A stretch of 64,000 nt of DNA from Oscillospiraceae bacterium (GTDB taxonomy: Bacteria > Bacillota > Clostridia > Oscillospirales > Oscillospiraceae), in the NCBI GenBank assembly GCA_017614755.1, contig JAGABH010000139.1, positions 7,868-71,867 on the forward strand, given 5' to 3'. Numbering within the stretch: the stretch's first letter is position 1; every line of letters begins with the position of its first letter. This document shows positions 9,761-19,131 of this stretch, in pieces. Under the pieces are notes generated by a model, which saw only the letters and a list, made by a program, of their open reading frames with translations, did no database searches and was not told the DNA's origin. The translations under genes and the position numbers were made by a program.

Positions 9761-11262
9761 TCCGAGACCTCCTCCATGGACATAACGCCGCGACCCACAG
9801 GGATCAAAAGCAGCCGTTCCTCTGTCAAGACAGCCTGTTCCAGCTCATTCGCGGTCTGAATTGCCCGCACTGTACTGCCGTTGTCCCGGGCCAGGTCCCA
9901 AAGCTCTCCGGAGGCCCTGCGTACAATCAGGGACGGGCCGGACTTTATGGGTTTTGGGGTCAGAATGCCGCCACTGAGATTTCGCATTGCCCTCGTCTGG
10001 CAGAACCGCTGAGGCGTATTCACAGAAACCGTTAGCTGACTCCCCTGCTGCTTTATTTCCCCGGGAATCAGATTCCACCGCCAGTCAGCGGAGGGGTCTG
10101 CCTGTCTCTCCAGGTACAGTTCCCGGCGAAGCAGCTTATTTTGTATTTTTCTGTCCGGATCATAATACAGGACGTTTATCCCCAGACTCCCCCGCGCTTC
10201 CTCCACGCCCGTCGTTTCCCGATCCGGGAACACAGTCCAGTCCAGAACTCTGACCGCATCTGCGGGCAGCTCCAGAGCTTGCGTCAGGTCTGTCTCCAGG
10301 GTGTCCAGGCAGGGATTGAGCTCGCAGATCTGCCATTCCGGGTGAAAATCGCTGTCCAGGGAATAGGCGTCCTGGACAAGCGTGACCGGAATTTCGCCCC
10401 AGAGTACCATCTGGGCGGTAAAACTGACATTCACCAGCAGACGGCGGCTGTCGGGCTGCCCGTCCGTGTCAATTTCCAGATGATTCAAAATCGGCCGAAT
10501 CACAAGGGCAGCGTCTTCTTCCATGCTGCGGTCCAGGTCCGCGTATTGCGAGAAAGGCAAACCACCGGACCAGGCAGCGAGCTCCCCTTCTTCCGTGAGA
10601 CCCAGGACCCGAATCTTCAGTTCGCCTTGAAAAATAGCACGGTCCCCCATGACCCGCCGGTCTCCCAGCTCCACCCAGCACTGTGCTTTCAGCAGACGGT
10701 CTATCCCCTGCATATCCTCCGGCATCAGAACCTCGTCCGCGATTTGAACCTCCCGTTCCGCAGCGCAAAGCGGCAGCCGCATTGGATAGGTCTCTGATTT
10801 GCAGATCAGTCCCCGGGGGCATTCCTCAAGCTGCTGAAGCTCCAGCGTTGTTGGAGTAAGAATCGTCAACTCGCTGGCCAAATCAGCCCGGATCAGAAGT
10901 TTTCTTTTGTTGACAAACCTGGCGTCTATGGAACGGAGCCAGCCCCAGTAGTGGACAACGGCGTCCGGCTGCGTCGGAATTTTCTTTGTAACGGTAAAGG
11001 GAATCCACAGCTCCAGTCGCTCGATTTGCTCCGATTCTTCAGGAACGTAGAGCACCCCTGCCTGTATTCCACCGGTGACCGTTACGCTGCCGTTGTCCGC
11101 CGTCCGGCTCTGGACCAAAACCGTTCCAAAGCAGTCCACAACACGCCCCAGCTCGGGCAGCGTCTCCTGGACAGTAATCTCCCCGGTCTGCTCCTGCCGC
11201 AGTCCGTCATAACGTTTTTCCGCCAGATATATGATCGACTGCTCACGAAAAAGAATATCCAT
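9757..11262 (-). CDS. sipL: SipL/SpoVID-like spore-coat morphogenetic protein (SPOCS/DUF3794-type body plus C-terminal LysM)
   Basis: 501 aa. The C-terminus IVRRASGELWDLARDNGSTVRAIQTANELEQAVLTEERLLLIPV fits the LysM pattern. The stop overlaps the spoIVA start (ATGA at 9757-9760). RBS AAGGAGGA is present. Size and architecture match C. difficile SipL as I recall it. Confidence 0.7.
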   Translation of the reverse strand: MDILFREQSIIYLAEKRYDGLRQEQTGEITVQETLPELGRVVDCFGTVLVQSRTADNGSVTVTGGIQAGVLYVPEESEQIERLELWIPFTVTKKIPTQPDAVVHYWGWLRSIDARFVNKRKLLIRADLASELTILTPTTLELQQLEECPRGLICKSETYPMRLPLCAAEREVQIADEVLMPEDMQGIDRLLKAQCWVELGDRRVMGDRAIFQGELKIRVLGLTEEGELAAWSGGLPFSQYADLDRSMEEDAALVIRPILNHLEIDTDGQPDSRRLLVNVSFTAQMVLWGEIPVTLVQDAYSLDSDFHPEWQICELNPCLDTLETDLTQALELPADAVRVLDWTVFPDRETTGVEEARGSLGINVLYYDPDRKIQNKLLRRELYLERQADPSADWRWNLIPGEIKQQGSQLTVSVNTPQRFCQTRAMRNLSGGILTPKPIKSGPSLIVRRASGELWDLARDNGSTVRAIQTANELEQAVLTEERLLLIPVGRGVMSMEEVSE

Positions 11263-11291
11263 TTCTGCATCCTCCTTGTAGATTCTATTCC

Positions 11292-11320
11292 ATCTTATGC
11301 TTGCCCAACGCGGAACATGA
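11292..11320 (-). promoter_or_regulatory. Candidate SigE-type (mother-cell) promoter for sipL-spoIVA
   Basis: Minus strand reads gTCATGTT (11320..11314), 14 nt, CATAAGAT (11299..11292). It resembles the SigE consensus (ATAtt -35, CATACA-T -10). Located about 30 nt upstream of the sipL ATG. Confidence 0.35.
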
Positions 11321-11470
11321 CCTTGGAAGGGCCTTCTGTCAACGACGCAGGAGCGAAATGGTAAGCAGAAGTCCCCCCAGCAGAAAACTGATCCAAAATG
11401 AGCCGATCAACGCGGAAATCAAAAAAGCCGCGCCTGCCCATAACATTGGCCGGCACAGCGTGCGATTGCA

Positions 11471-11523
11471 AAAAAACATGGTCCCACCGCCTTCCGATGA
11501 AGTCTATGCGGAAGGCGGTGGGA
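11471..11523 (-). terminator. Rho-independent terminator after rsgA
   Basis: Perfect 15-bp stem (TCCCACCGCCTTCCG / CGGAAGGCGGTGGGA) with a 12-nt loop. On the minus strand it is followed by a T7 run (complement of A7 at 11471-11477). Confidence 0.85.
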
Positions 11524-11529
11524 TCATGC

Positions 11530-12426
11530 CTATGGATTTGTTTTTATTTCCCAGGACTTGAGCTGCATGGCAGCTTCATACAGCCGCAGATAACTCTTGT
11601 GGCGGGAGGGCCGAATCTCTCCCCTGCTGACGGCCTCCAGAACGCCGCAGTCCGGCTCTTTTCGATGGGAGCAGTCGGGGAAACGGCAGCGTCCCAGATA
11701 GGGCTGAAAATCCGGAAACAGGCTCTCCAGCTCCTGCTTCGGAATTGCCTCCATCTGCTCCAGATCAAAGGAGGAAAAACCGGGGGTATCCGCAGCGTAG
11801 GTTTCCTCCCCCAGAGGGTAAAGCTCCACATGTCGGGTGGTATGCCGGCCTCGCCCCAGCTTTTGAGAAACCTCCCCGGTCTCAATCACCCGGGAGGGAC
11901 AAAGGCGGGAGAGAATCGCGCTCTTTCCCACGCCGGAGTTTCCGGTGAAGGCTGCGGTTTTTCCGTGGATCATGGCGCGAAGCTCCTCAATTCCCTCCCC
12001 CGTTTCCGCGCTGGTGCAGACAACGGCGAATCCGGCGGAACGGTAAATCTCCGCAAGGGGCTCCGGTGCGCTGAGGTCTGATTTGTTCACACAAACCAAC
12101 GGTGTAACCCTCTGACGAATGGCAATGGCAATCATCCGGTCAATCAGAAAGGGGTCCGTCACCGGGATTGAGCAGGAAGCCAGGATCACCAGCGCATCCA
12201 GATTGGCCACAGCAGGACGCACAAAGCGGTTCTTCCTGGGGAGAATGTCCGCTACGGTTCCCTTCTGTTCCCCTTCAGGGAGAACAGTAACCCGGTCTCC
12301 CACCAGGGGAGTATCCCCTGTTTTACGGAATTTACCCCTGGCGCGGCATTCATAGATTCGGTCCTCCACGGCGACATAGTAGAAGCCGGAAAGCGCCTTG
12401 ATGATAACGCCTTGAATCTGCTCCAT
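11530..12426 (-). CDS. rsgA: Ribosome small-subunit-dependent GTPase A
   Basis: Circularly permuted GTPase: NKSDL (G4) precedes GNSGVGKSAIL (G1). C-terminal zinc cluster reads CRFPDCSHRKEPDCGV. Confidence 0.93.
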   Translation of the reverse strand: MEQIQGVIIKALSGFYYVAVEDRIYECRARGKFRKTGDTPLVGDRVTVLPEGEQKGTVADILPRKNRFVRPAVANLDALVILASCSIPVTDPFLIDRMIAIAIRQRVTPLVCVNKSDLSAPEPLAEIYRSAGFAVVCTSAETGEGIEELRAMIHGKTAAFTGNSGVGKSAILSRLCPSRVIETGEVSQKLGRGRHTTRHVELYPLGEETYAADTPGFSSFDLEQMEAIPKQELESLFPDFQPYLGRCRFPDCSHRKEPDCGVLEAVSRGEIRPSRHKSYLRLYEAAMQLKSWEIKTNP

Positions 12427-12440
12427 ACCGTCCCTCCGAA

Positions 12441-14465
12441 TCAGGGATTGTTGCTCTCGGAGGGTTCAGGATCACTGGAAGATGGAGGCGGATTATCGCT
12501 TGGGGGCGGGTTCGTAGGTTCCTCGCTGGGAGGCGGTGTGGGGCCGAGGGAAACTGCAATAAGGATAGTGCTCCCCGGCATTACTTCCTCGCCGGAAGCC
12601 GGATACTGCCGGATCACCGTGTCTGCAGGGACAGTACTGCTGTGCTCTTCTTCAATCTGGACCTCCAGGCCCTGGGCTTTGATGGCGGAGACGGCGTCGG
12701 ATTTACTATAACCGACCACGTTGGTGAGAACTACCGTCTGCTTGCCCTTGGAAACAGTCACCGTGACCGTACTGCCTTCCTCCACCTCTGTGCCCGGCTC
12801 CGGGGACTGGGAAATTACATAGCCCTCCGATACCGAACTGCTGAATTCTTCCTTCACGCTGATCTCCAAATTCCGGCCGTTGATGGAAGCGGTGGCGTTG
12901 CTCAGAGAGGATCCCTCCACGTTGGGAACCTTCTGCATCTTGATTTCCTTGCCCATGCTGATGTAGACGGTGACAACCTGACCGTTTTTCAGTTCCGTCT
13001 TCTCCTCGGGATCAGTGCGGACCACGCGGCCCTCCGGAACATCGTCGCTGTACTCCCGATCGGTCAGAATGGTGAGTTGAATCTGAAGGGCTTTCAGCAG
13101 ACTGTTGGCGTTTTCGGCGGAATAACCCACCAGATTCGGCATCAGGTCAGTCTGCTCGCCCAGGGAGATATAGACAAAAATTTCCGTTCCGGGAGGAACA
13201 CTCTCCCCGACGCCGGGCTTCTGATCCACGATCACACCCTGGGGATATTTGTCGTTGTACACATAGGAGCTCTCATTGGCCACCAGCTTGAGGTAGGGAT
13301 AGTGCTCCGGCGGGATATCCTCATACACGGAACCGATAAGCGGCGGAACGATAATCTGGCTGGGCACGGTGGTATTCAACGTAGCAGAAGTATCCGTCGG
13401 CGAATCGGAACCCGAATTGCCCAGAATCAGGAAAAGAAGAACAATCAGGGCAACCACGGCGCCGGAAATAGCGACAATCATCAGAACACGTCTGCGCCGC
13501 TCCTCCCGATCCTGACGTTCATACTCCCGTTCCAACTCTTTCTGGTGGTTAACAGGATTCTGCTGCTTGGCAGGCTGAACACGGGAGCCTCCCACAGCCC
13601 CGGAAACACTGCCCTTGGGCAGGAAGGTAAAACGGATGGTGGGATTCTTGCGGAACTCCTCCATATCCTTCAGCATATCGGTAATGGAGGCATAGCGGAT
13701 GTTCAGGTCCGAGCACATGGCGTGCATGGTAATCTGCTCTAGCCCGGTGGGAATATCGCTGTTAAGCAGCGAAGGGGAAAGGGGCGTACCGTTAATATGC
13801 TGAATCGCCACGCTGACTGGGGTTTCGCCGTCATAAGGCGGGCGGCCTGTCAACATCTCATACATGACCACGCCAAGGGAGTAGATATCCGAACGGTTAT
13901 CCACCCGGGCGCCTCTGGCCTGTTCAGGGGAGATGTAATGAACAGAGCCTAACGCCTCCTTGGTGAGGGTATTCTGGGCGGAGGCGATGCGGGCGATGCC
14001 AAAGTCGGCCACCTTGACGCTTCCATCCTTTAGAATCATTACATTGTGGGGCTTGATGTCCCGGTGAATGATGCTCCGGCTGTGGGCGTGCTCTAGAGCC
14101 TTGGCAATCTGCATGGAAAAATGCAGGGTCTCCCGCCAGGAGAGCGGGGCACGCTGATCCATATACTGTTTGAGGGTAATACCGTCAATCAGCTCCATGA
14201 CAATATAATCCAGCCCGTCGTTTTTTGACACGTCATAAACGCTGACAATGTTGGGATGGGACATCATGGCGACAGCCTGGGACTCCCCATGAAAACGGCG
14301 GCGGAAATCCGCGTCGTTGAGATAGTCGTCCTTCAGAATTTTCACGGCCACAAGACGGTTCAGCCGGTGATCGATGGCCTTGTACACCACGGCCATGCCG
14401 CCGACGCCGATGATTTCCAGAATCTCATATCGTCCGTCCAAAACCATGCCGATATATTTTTCCAT
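12441..14465 (-). CDS. prkC: Ser/Thr protein kinase with PASTA repeats (PrkC/PknB type)
   Basis: Hanks kinase motifs GVGGMAVVYKA, VAVKIL, HRDIKPHNVMI, DFGIAR and SPEQARG. One TM helix, then three repeats of the form VP.L.G......A...L. Pro-rich tail. Confidence 0.93.
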   Translation of the reverse strand: MEKYIGMVLDGRYEILEIIGVGGMAVVYKAIDHRLNRLVAVKILKDDYLNDADFRRRFHGESQAVAMMSHPNIVSVYDVSKNDGLDYIVMELIDGITLKQYMDQRAPLSWRETLHFSMQIAKALEHAHSRSIIHRDIKPHNVMILKDGSVKVADFGIARIASAQNTLTKEALGSVHYISPEQARGARVDNRSDIYSLGVVMYEMLTGRPPYDGETPVSVAIQHINGTPLSPSLLNSDIPTGLEQITMHAMCSDLNIRYASITDMLKDMEEFRKNPTIRFTFLPKGSVSGAVGGSRVQPAKQQNPVNHQKELEREYERQDREERRRRVLMIVAISGAVVALIVLLFLILGNSGSDSPTDTSATLNTTVPSQIIVPPLIGSVYEDIPPEHYPYLKLVANESSYVYNDKYPQGVIVDQKPGVGESVPPGTEIFVYISLGEQTDLMPNLVGYSAENANSLLKALQIQLTILTDREYSDDVPEGRVVRTDPEEKTELKNGQVVTVYISMGKEIKMQKVPNVEGSSLSNATASINGRNLEISVKEEFSSSVSEGYVISQSPEPGTEVEEGSTVTVTVSKGKQTVVLTNVVGYSKSDAVSAIKAQGLEVQIEEEHSSTVPADTVIRQYPASGEEVMPGSTILIAVSLGPTPPPSEEPTNPPPSDNPPPSSSDPEPSESNNP

Positions 14466-14483
14466 ATCGTTTTCCCTCCCTAC

Positions 14484-15215
14484 TCAGTAAGCCACCAGAA
14501 CTACGGTCACGTTATCCGGTGCGCCGCGTTCCTTCGCAATCCCCAGCAGACGCTGGCAGCAGTCCTGCTTTTTGACCCCGTGGATCACTTCAAACAGCAG
14601 CTCCTGATCGGCCAGATGATTGGTCAATCCATCGCTGCAAAGCAGGACGCAGTCCCCCTGCCGCAGGGTGGCCGTGTAGAGGTCGCAGGAAACGTTCTGT
14701 TCGGTACCGATGGCGCGGGTGATAAAATTTTTTCCGGGATAGGTCTTTGCCTGTTCAGAGGTCAATTCTCCCCGCTGAACCATCAGCTCCACCAGGGAGT
14801 GATCCACTGTCACCCGTTGAATTCCCTGCCGGTTCATCAGATATCCTCTGCTGTCTCCCACATTGGCAAAATAGGCGCGCTTTCCCATGGAAAGCATCGC
14901 AACCAGGGTTGTGCCCATGCCGTTCATCTCTTCATTCAGCTGGGCATTTTCGAACACAGCGGTGTTGGCAATGGAGACAGCGGTTCGAAGCAGATAATCC
15001 GCCTGCTCCTGGGTCATGCCGGCGCGATAACCTCGCTTGATTTCTTCCGCAAACACCTCAGCGGCCAGACGGCTCGCCACATTGCCGGAACGGGCTCCGC
15101 CCATACCGTCACAGACGACGGCCAGTAAATCATGGTCTCCCAGCTTTTCCAGCAGGTAATAATCCTGATTTTGCGTCCGCACCAGACCCGGATCGGTCAG
15201 GCCCCATGCTTCCAT
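14484..15215 (-). CDS. stp: PP2C-family Ser/Thr phosphatase (Stp/PrpC)
   Basis: Reads GLVRTQNQDYY, VCDGMGGARSGNVAS, CSDGLTN and DNVTVVLV. The preferred start is the ATG at 15215, 9 nt after AAGGAG; the ORF extends to 15224. Confidence 0.9.
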   Translation of the reverse strand: MEAWGLTDPGLVRTQNQDYYLLEKLGDHDLLAVVCDGMGGARSGNVASRLAAEVFAEEIKRGYRAGMTQEQADYLLRTAVSIANTAVFENAQLNEEMNGMGTTLVAMLSMGKRAYFANVGDSRGYLMNRQGIQRVTVDHSLVELMVQRGELTSEQAKTYPGKNFITRAIGTEQNVSCDLYTATLRQGDCVLLCSDGLTNHLADQELLFEVIHGVKKQDCCQRLLGIAKERGAPDNVTVVLVAY

Positions 15216-15242
15216 ACGGCACAACTCCTTTCTTGGTTGATT

Positions 15243-16277
15243 TCATAAAGAGGGATTCTTGGAATACTTCTTCCGCAACTGCCCGCAGGAGGCGTCGATG
15301 TCGCTGCCCAGGGTTCTGCGGACAGTGCAGGCAACGCCCTGATCCTCCAACAGTTTCTGAAAACGCAGAACCGTTCCCCGTTCGCTGGGGGCAAAAGGAC
15401 TCTCCTCCACATGATTCAGAGGAATCAAATTCACATGTGCAGGCAGGCCTCTGAGCTTTTTCAGCAGCAGCTTCGCGGTCTCCGGGCTGTCGTTGACATT
15501 CCGGATCATTGCGTATTCAAAAGAAATCCGACGATTGGTTTTCTCGTAATAGATGCGGCAGGCCTCCAGCAGTTCGTCCACAGGCCAGCGGCGATTGACG
15601 GGCATAATTTTGCTCCGGGTCTCGTCGTCTGGGGCATGGAGGCTCACCGAGAGGGTCAGCTGGAGCTTGCTCTCGGCCAGCTCCAAAATCCGCGGCACAA
15701 TGCCGCAGGTAGAAAGGCTGATATGCCGCATTCCGATGTTCCTGCCCTCCCCGCTGTTCACCAGCTCCAGGAAACGGCAGACATTGTCGTAGTTGTCCAG
15801 CGGCTCCCCAATCCCCATCAGAACGATGTTGGACACCGGCTGACCGGAATCCTGCTCGGTAAACATCACCTCGTCCAGCATCTCCCCGGGGGAAAGCCGC
15901 CGAACAAGGCCGCCAATGGTGGAGGCACAGAAGACGCAGCCCATGGCGCAGCCCACCTCCGAGGAGATACAGACCGTATTGCCGTGATGGTAGCGCATCA
16001 AAACCGTCTCCACGCAGCAGCCGTCATGGAGCTGCCAGAGATATTTGATTGTTCCGTCCAATTGGGACTCCTGGCGGCGAACCGGCACGGGAGCCGTCAG
16101 CAGATAATGCGCTGCCAGCTTCTCCCGGAGCGTCTTGGGCAGGTCAGTCATCTCCTCAAAGGAGCGAACGCCCCGATGAAGCCAGGTATAAACCTGTTTT
16201 GCCCGAAACGCAGGCTGGTTCAGTTCAGTCAGTGCGGTTTTCAGTTCTGAAAGCGTCAGAGATTTTATTTCAATCAT
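15243..16277 (-). CDS. rlmN: 23S rRNA/tRNA adenine-C2 methyltransferase RlmN (radical SAM)
   Basis: Reads FRAKQVYTWLH, radical-SAM cluster CAMGCVFCAS, GEPLDNYDNV, and the C-terminal GSDIDASCGQL. Confidence 0.93.
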   Translation of the reverse strand: MIEIKSLTLSELKTALTELNQPAFRAKQVYTWLHRGVRSFEEMTDLPKTLREKLAAHYLLTAPVPVRRQESQLDGTIKYLWQLHDGCCVETVLMRYHHGNTVCISSEVGCAMGCVFCASTIGGLVRRLSPGEMLDEVMFTEQDSGQPVSNIVLMGIGEPLDNYDNVCRFLELVNSGEGRNIGMRHISLSTCGIVPRILELAESKLQLTLSVSLHAPDDETRSKIMPVNRRWPVDELLEACRIYYEKTNRRISFEYAMIRNVNDSPETAKLLLKKLRGLPAHVNLIPLNHVEESPFAPSERGTVLRFQKLLEDQGVACTVRRTLGSDIDASCGQLRKKYSKNPSL

Positions 16278-16324
16278 AGTTCACAATTCATGGGGCGACA
16301 CCTTCGATGCCCCGCCGGGAAGAA

Positions 16325-17629
16325 TCAGGCTTCATTTTTTCGCAGCTTTGCAATAAAAAATCCGTCGGTGCCCTCGTCGCAGGGCAGAAGAGTTTTCATG
16401 CCGCTTTCCACTCTGCCAATTCCGGGAAGTTCCAGAGGAAGAACGGAAAAATCCGGGTGATCAGCCAAAAAGGCCTCCACGACAGCCTCGTTTTCCCGCC
16501 GCAAAACGGTACAGGTAGAGTAGACCAGCGTACCGCCAGGCCGCAAATGTTTCGCCTGGGCTTCCAGGATTTGACGCTGGAGCAAGGGCAGTTGTTCCAT
16601 GGGCGTCAGGTCTTTGTAGCGAATATCCGGCTTTTTTCGAATTACCCCAAGACCGGAGCAGGGCACATCGGCAATAACCCGGTCGAACCGATCCAGCCAG
16701 GCGGGTTCCGGTCTGGACGCATCCTGTTCCCGAACGGAGAGGCAGGTGATTCCCAAGCGCTTCGCCCCGGCTTCCATCAAGGGGAGTTTATGAGGGTGAA
16801 TATCACAGGAAGTCACAGAGCCTTTATTTCCCATGCAGATGGCAGCGGCAAAGCTCTTCCCGCCGGGTGCAGCGCAGCAATCCAGAATCCGCTCGCCTCC
16901 CTTGGGCTCCAAGGCCAGAACCGCCAGCTTTGCCGCGGGATCCTGAACGTAAAACAGCCCGTCCCGAAAAGCGGCGCTCTGCTCGATTCCGCCGCCGGAG
17001 AGAAGCAGACAGTCAGGAAGCCAGGAATGGGGAGAAACCTCCATGCCTTCCGCCTGCAAGAGATCTGCCAAAGAATCTGCGTCTGTCCGAAGCCTGTTGA
17101 CCTGGGCACAAACCGCAGGCGCTTGATTATGAGATTGCAGGAGCGCCTCCAACTTCTCCGCTCCCACGTTCTCCCGCAGGAGGTCCACCAAGGATTTGGG
17201 ATGGCTGTATCGGACAGATAAATCCTCCGGCAGCGTCAAACGGGAGGGATCCCGCAGCATAGACCGCAGAAGACCGTTTACAAGACCCGCGGCTCTGGGA
17301 TTCGCCAGTCTCTTGGCTTGGTTCACCGCCTCGTCCACCACGGCGGAGGGAGGCAGCTTGTCAAAGAAACGAAGCTGACAAACCGCAAGCCGCAGCACGT
17401 CCAGCACCACCGGCTGAAGCGAAGACAGCTTTCCCTTCAGATAACTGCTGATCCATTCATCCAGCAGCAGTCGGTTTTGCAGGACGGCACCGCAGAGCCG
17501 GGTCGCAAGAGCGGCATCCCGACGATCCAGACGATCCTTTCCGAGCTGTTGCTTCAGGGCGGCATCCGACCAAGCGCCGCTGCGACGACAGACAATCAAA
17601 ACAGCCAGAGCAGTATCACGAGCGGACAT
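16325..17629 (-). CDS. rsmB: 16S rRNA m5C967 methyltransferase RsmB
   Basis: NusB-like N-terminus. SAM/m5C motifs DCCAAPGGKS, DVPCSGLGVIRKKPD and TLVYSTCT. The ORF runs to 17662, but the ATG at 17629 (MSARDTALAVL) has the better RBS spacing. Confidence 0.9.
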   Translation of the reverse strand: MSARDTALAVLIVCRRSGAWSDAALKQQLGKDRLDRRDAALATRLCGAVLQNRLLLDEWISSYLKGKLSSLQPVVLDVLRLAVCQLRFFDKLPPSAVVDEAVNQAKRLANPRAAGLVNGLLRSMLRDPSRLTLPEDLSVRYSHPKSLVDLLRENVGAEKLEALLQSHNQAPAVCAQVNRLRTDADSLADLLQAEGMEVSPHSWLPDCLLLSGGGIEQSAAFRDGLFYVQDPAAKLAVLALEPKGGERILDCCAAPGGKSFAAAICMGNKGSVTSCDIHPHKLPLMEAGAKRLGITCLSVREQDASRPEPAWLDRFDRVIADVPCSGLGVIRKKPDIRYKDLTPMEQLPLLQRQILEAQAKHLRPGGTLVYSTCTVLRRENEAVVEAFLADHPDFSVLPLELPGIGRVESGMKTLLPCDEGTDGFFIAKLRKNEA

Positions 17630-17704
17630 AGGCAACTCCAATGTACACCGCTGCTCGATCATCCCTTTTCATCGATGCGCAGCGAAAGTTCCGTTTATCA
17701 ATTT

Positions 17705-18631
17705 TCATATTTCGTTTTTTGTTTGAATGGGATGGCCTCGGAAATAGTCCGGGGCAGCCATCGCCTTTCCGCCGGGCGCCTGGAGCTTTGTAATCAGAAT
17801 CGCGCCGTTTCCACAGGCTACAACGAGTCCCTGCTTGTTCAGCGCAACCGGCGTTCCGGGCGCCGCTGCGGCGGCAGAATCAAATAGACGGGCCTCCCAG
17901 ATTTTGAACTCTGTGCCCCCCAGGCTTGCCATGGCGACGGGCCAGGGATTCAGGCCGCGAATCCGAGCAAGTATTTCCTTTGCCGGACGTGACCAGTCAA
18001 TGGGCGAAAGCTCTTTTGTCAACATGGGCGCATAGGTAGCCAGGGCAGAATCCTGCGGTCTCCGGGAAGCGGTTCCCGCAGCAATCGCGCCCAGAGTATC
18101 CCGGAGCAGGTCCGCACCCAAAATCGCCAGACGGTCCATCAGCTCGCCGGCGGTTTCCAGTTCGCCGATGGGCGTGGTACGAATGTCGATGATATCGCCT
18201 TCATCCATCCCCGCGCTCAGATACATGGCGGTAACGCCGGTTTCCGGCAGGTCATTCAAAACCGCCCACTGAACCGGAGCGGAGCCCCGCAGCGCAGGCA
18301 GTACGCTGCCATGGATGTTGATGCAGCCCAAGGGCGGGATATCCAGCACCCGCTGGGGAAGAATCTTCCCGTAGGCAACCACCACAATCAGGTCCGGTGC
18401 CAAGGCTTTCAGCGTTTCCACGGCTTCATCGTCCCGAAAAGTGGAAGGCTGAAACACCGGCAAGCCGTGGGCCTGGGCCAGGACCTTGACCTCTGAGGGA
18501 ATCAGCTTCATGCCCCGGTTCTTGGGGGTGTCCGGCTTGGTGTAGACGCCAATAACCTGGTGCTCCGTCTTTAAAACGGCGTCAAGGCAGGCAGCAGCAA
18601 AGGCAGGCGTCCCCATGAAAATCAGTCTCAT
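17705..18631 (-). CDS. fmt: Methionyl-tRNA formyltransferase
   Basis: Reads MRLIFMGTPAFA and INIHGSVLPALRGSAPVQWAV (the HxSLLPxxRG motif). ATGA overlap with def. Confidence 0.95.
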   Translation of the reverse strand: MRLIFMGTPAFAAACLDAVLKTEHQVIGVYTKPDTPKNRGMKLIPSEVKVLAQAHGLPVFQPSTFRDDEAVETLKALAPDLIVVVAYGKILPQRVLDIPPLGCINIHGSVLPALRGSAPVQWAVLNDLPETGVTAMYLSAGMDEGDIIDIRTTPIGELETAGELMDRLAILGADLLRDTLGAIAAGTASRRPQDSALATYAPMLTKELSPIDWSRPAKEILARIRGLNPWPVAMASLGGTEFKIWEARLFDSAAAAAPGTPVALNKQGLVVACGNGAILITKLQAPGGKAMAAPDYFRGHPIQTKNEI

Positions 18632-19119
18632 GCGTCCTGCTCCTTCTGGATAAGCTCTTCGTATTCTTCCTCCGTCAGCATCCGATAGGCACGCTCTGTG
18701 TAGAGATGTCCGTCCAAATGCTCCAGCTCATGGCAAAAGCACCGGGCGATCAACTCTTCTCCCTCGTATTCATACCAATCCCCATGCCGGTCCTGGGCCT
18801 GCAGCTTCACGGTGTTGGGGCGCTTTACCATACCGTACTTTCCCGGCACGCTGAGGCAACCCTCCAGGCCGTCCTGTTCCCCAGACTGTTCCAGAATTTT
18901 GGGGTTGACCAGTTCGATGATTTCCTCCCCCAGGTCCACCACCACGACTCTGCGAAGCACCCCTACCTGAGGGGCGGCCAGACCGACTCCGTTGGCCTGG
19001 ATTACAGTATCCTTCATATCGTCAATAAGAGTTGCCAGACGATCGTCAAAGACCGTCACCGGGCGGCATTTCTTCGCAAGAGTCGGATTGCCTTCTGTGA
19101 TGATATTCCTGAGTGCCAT
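18628..19119 (-). CDS. def: Peptide deformylase
   Basis: The three PDF motifs are present: GVGLAAPQVG, EGCLSVPG and HELEHLDG. Confidence 0.96.
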   Translation of the reverse strand: MALRNIITEGNPTLAKKCRPVTVFDDRLATLIDDMKDTVIQANGVGLAAPQVGVLRRVVVVDLGEEIIELVNPKILEQSGEQDGLEGCLSVPGKYGMVKRPNTVKLQAQDRHGDWYEYEGEELIARCFCHELEHLDGHLYTERAYRMLTEEEYEELIQKEQDA

Positions 19120-19131
19120 ATTGTTTTTCTC

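Noticed and set aside
11339-11479. 46-codon minus-strand ORF (MFFCNRTLCRPMLWAGAAFLISALIGSFWISFLLGGLLLTISLLRR) between the rsgA terminator and the sipL promoter
   Set aside because: Its ATG sits inside the U-tract of the rsgA terminator and has only a weak GGTGGG upstream. It is hydrophobic enough to be a real micro-membrane protein, but I cannot support it without conservation data.
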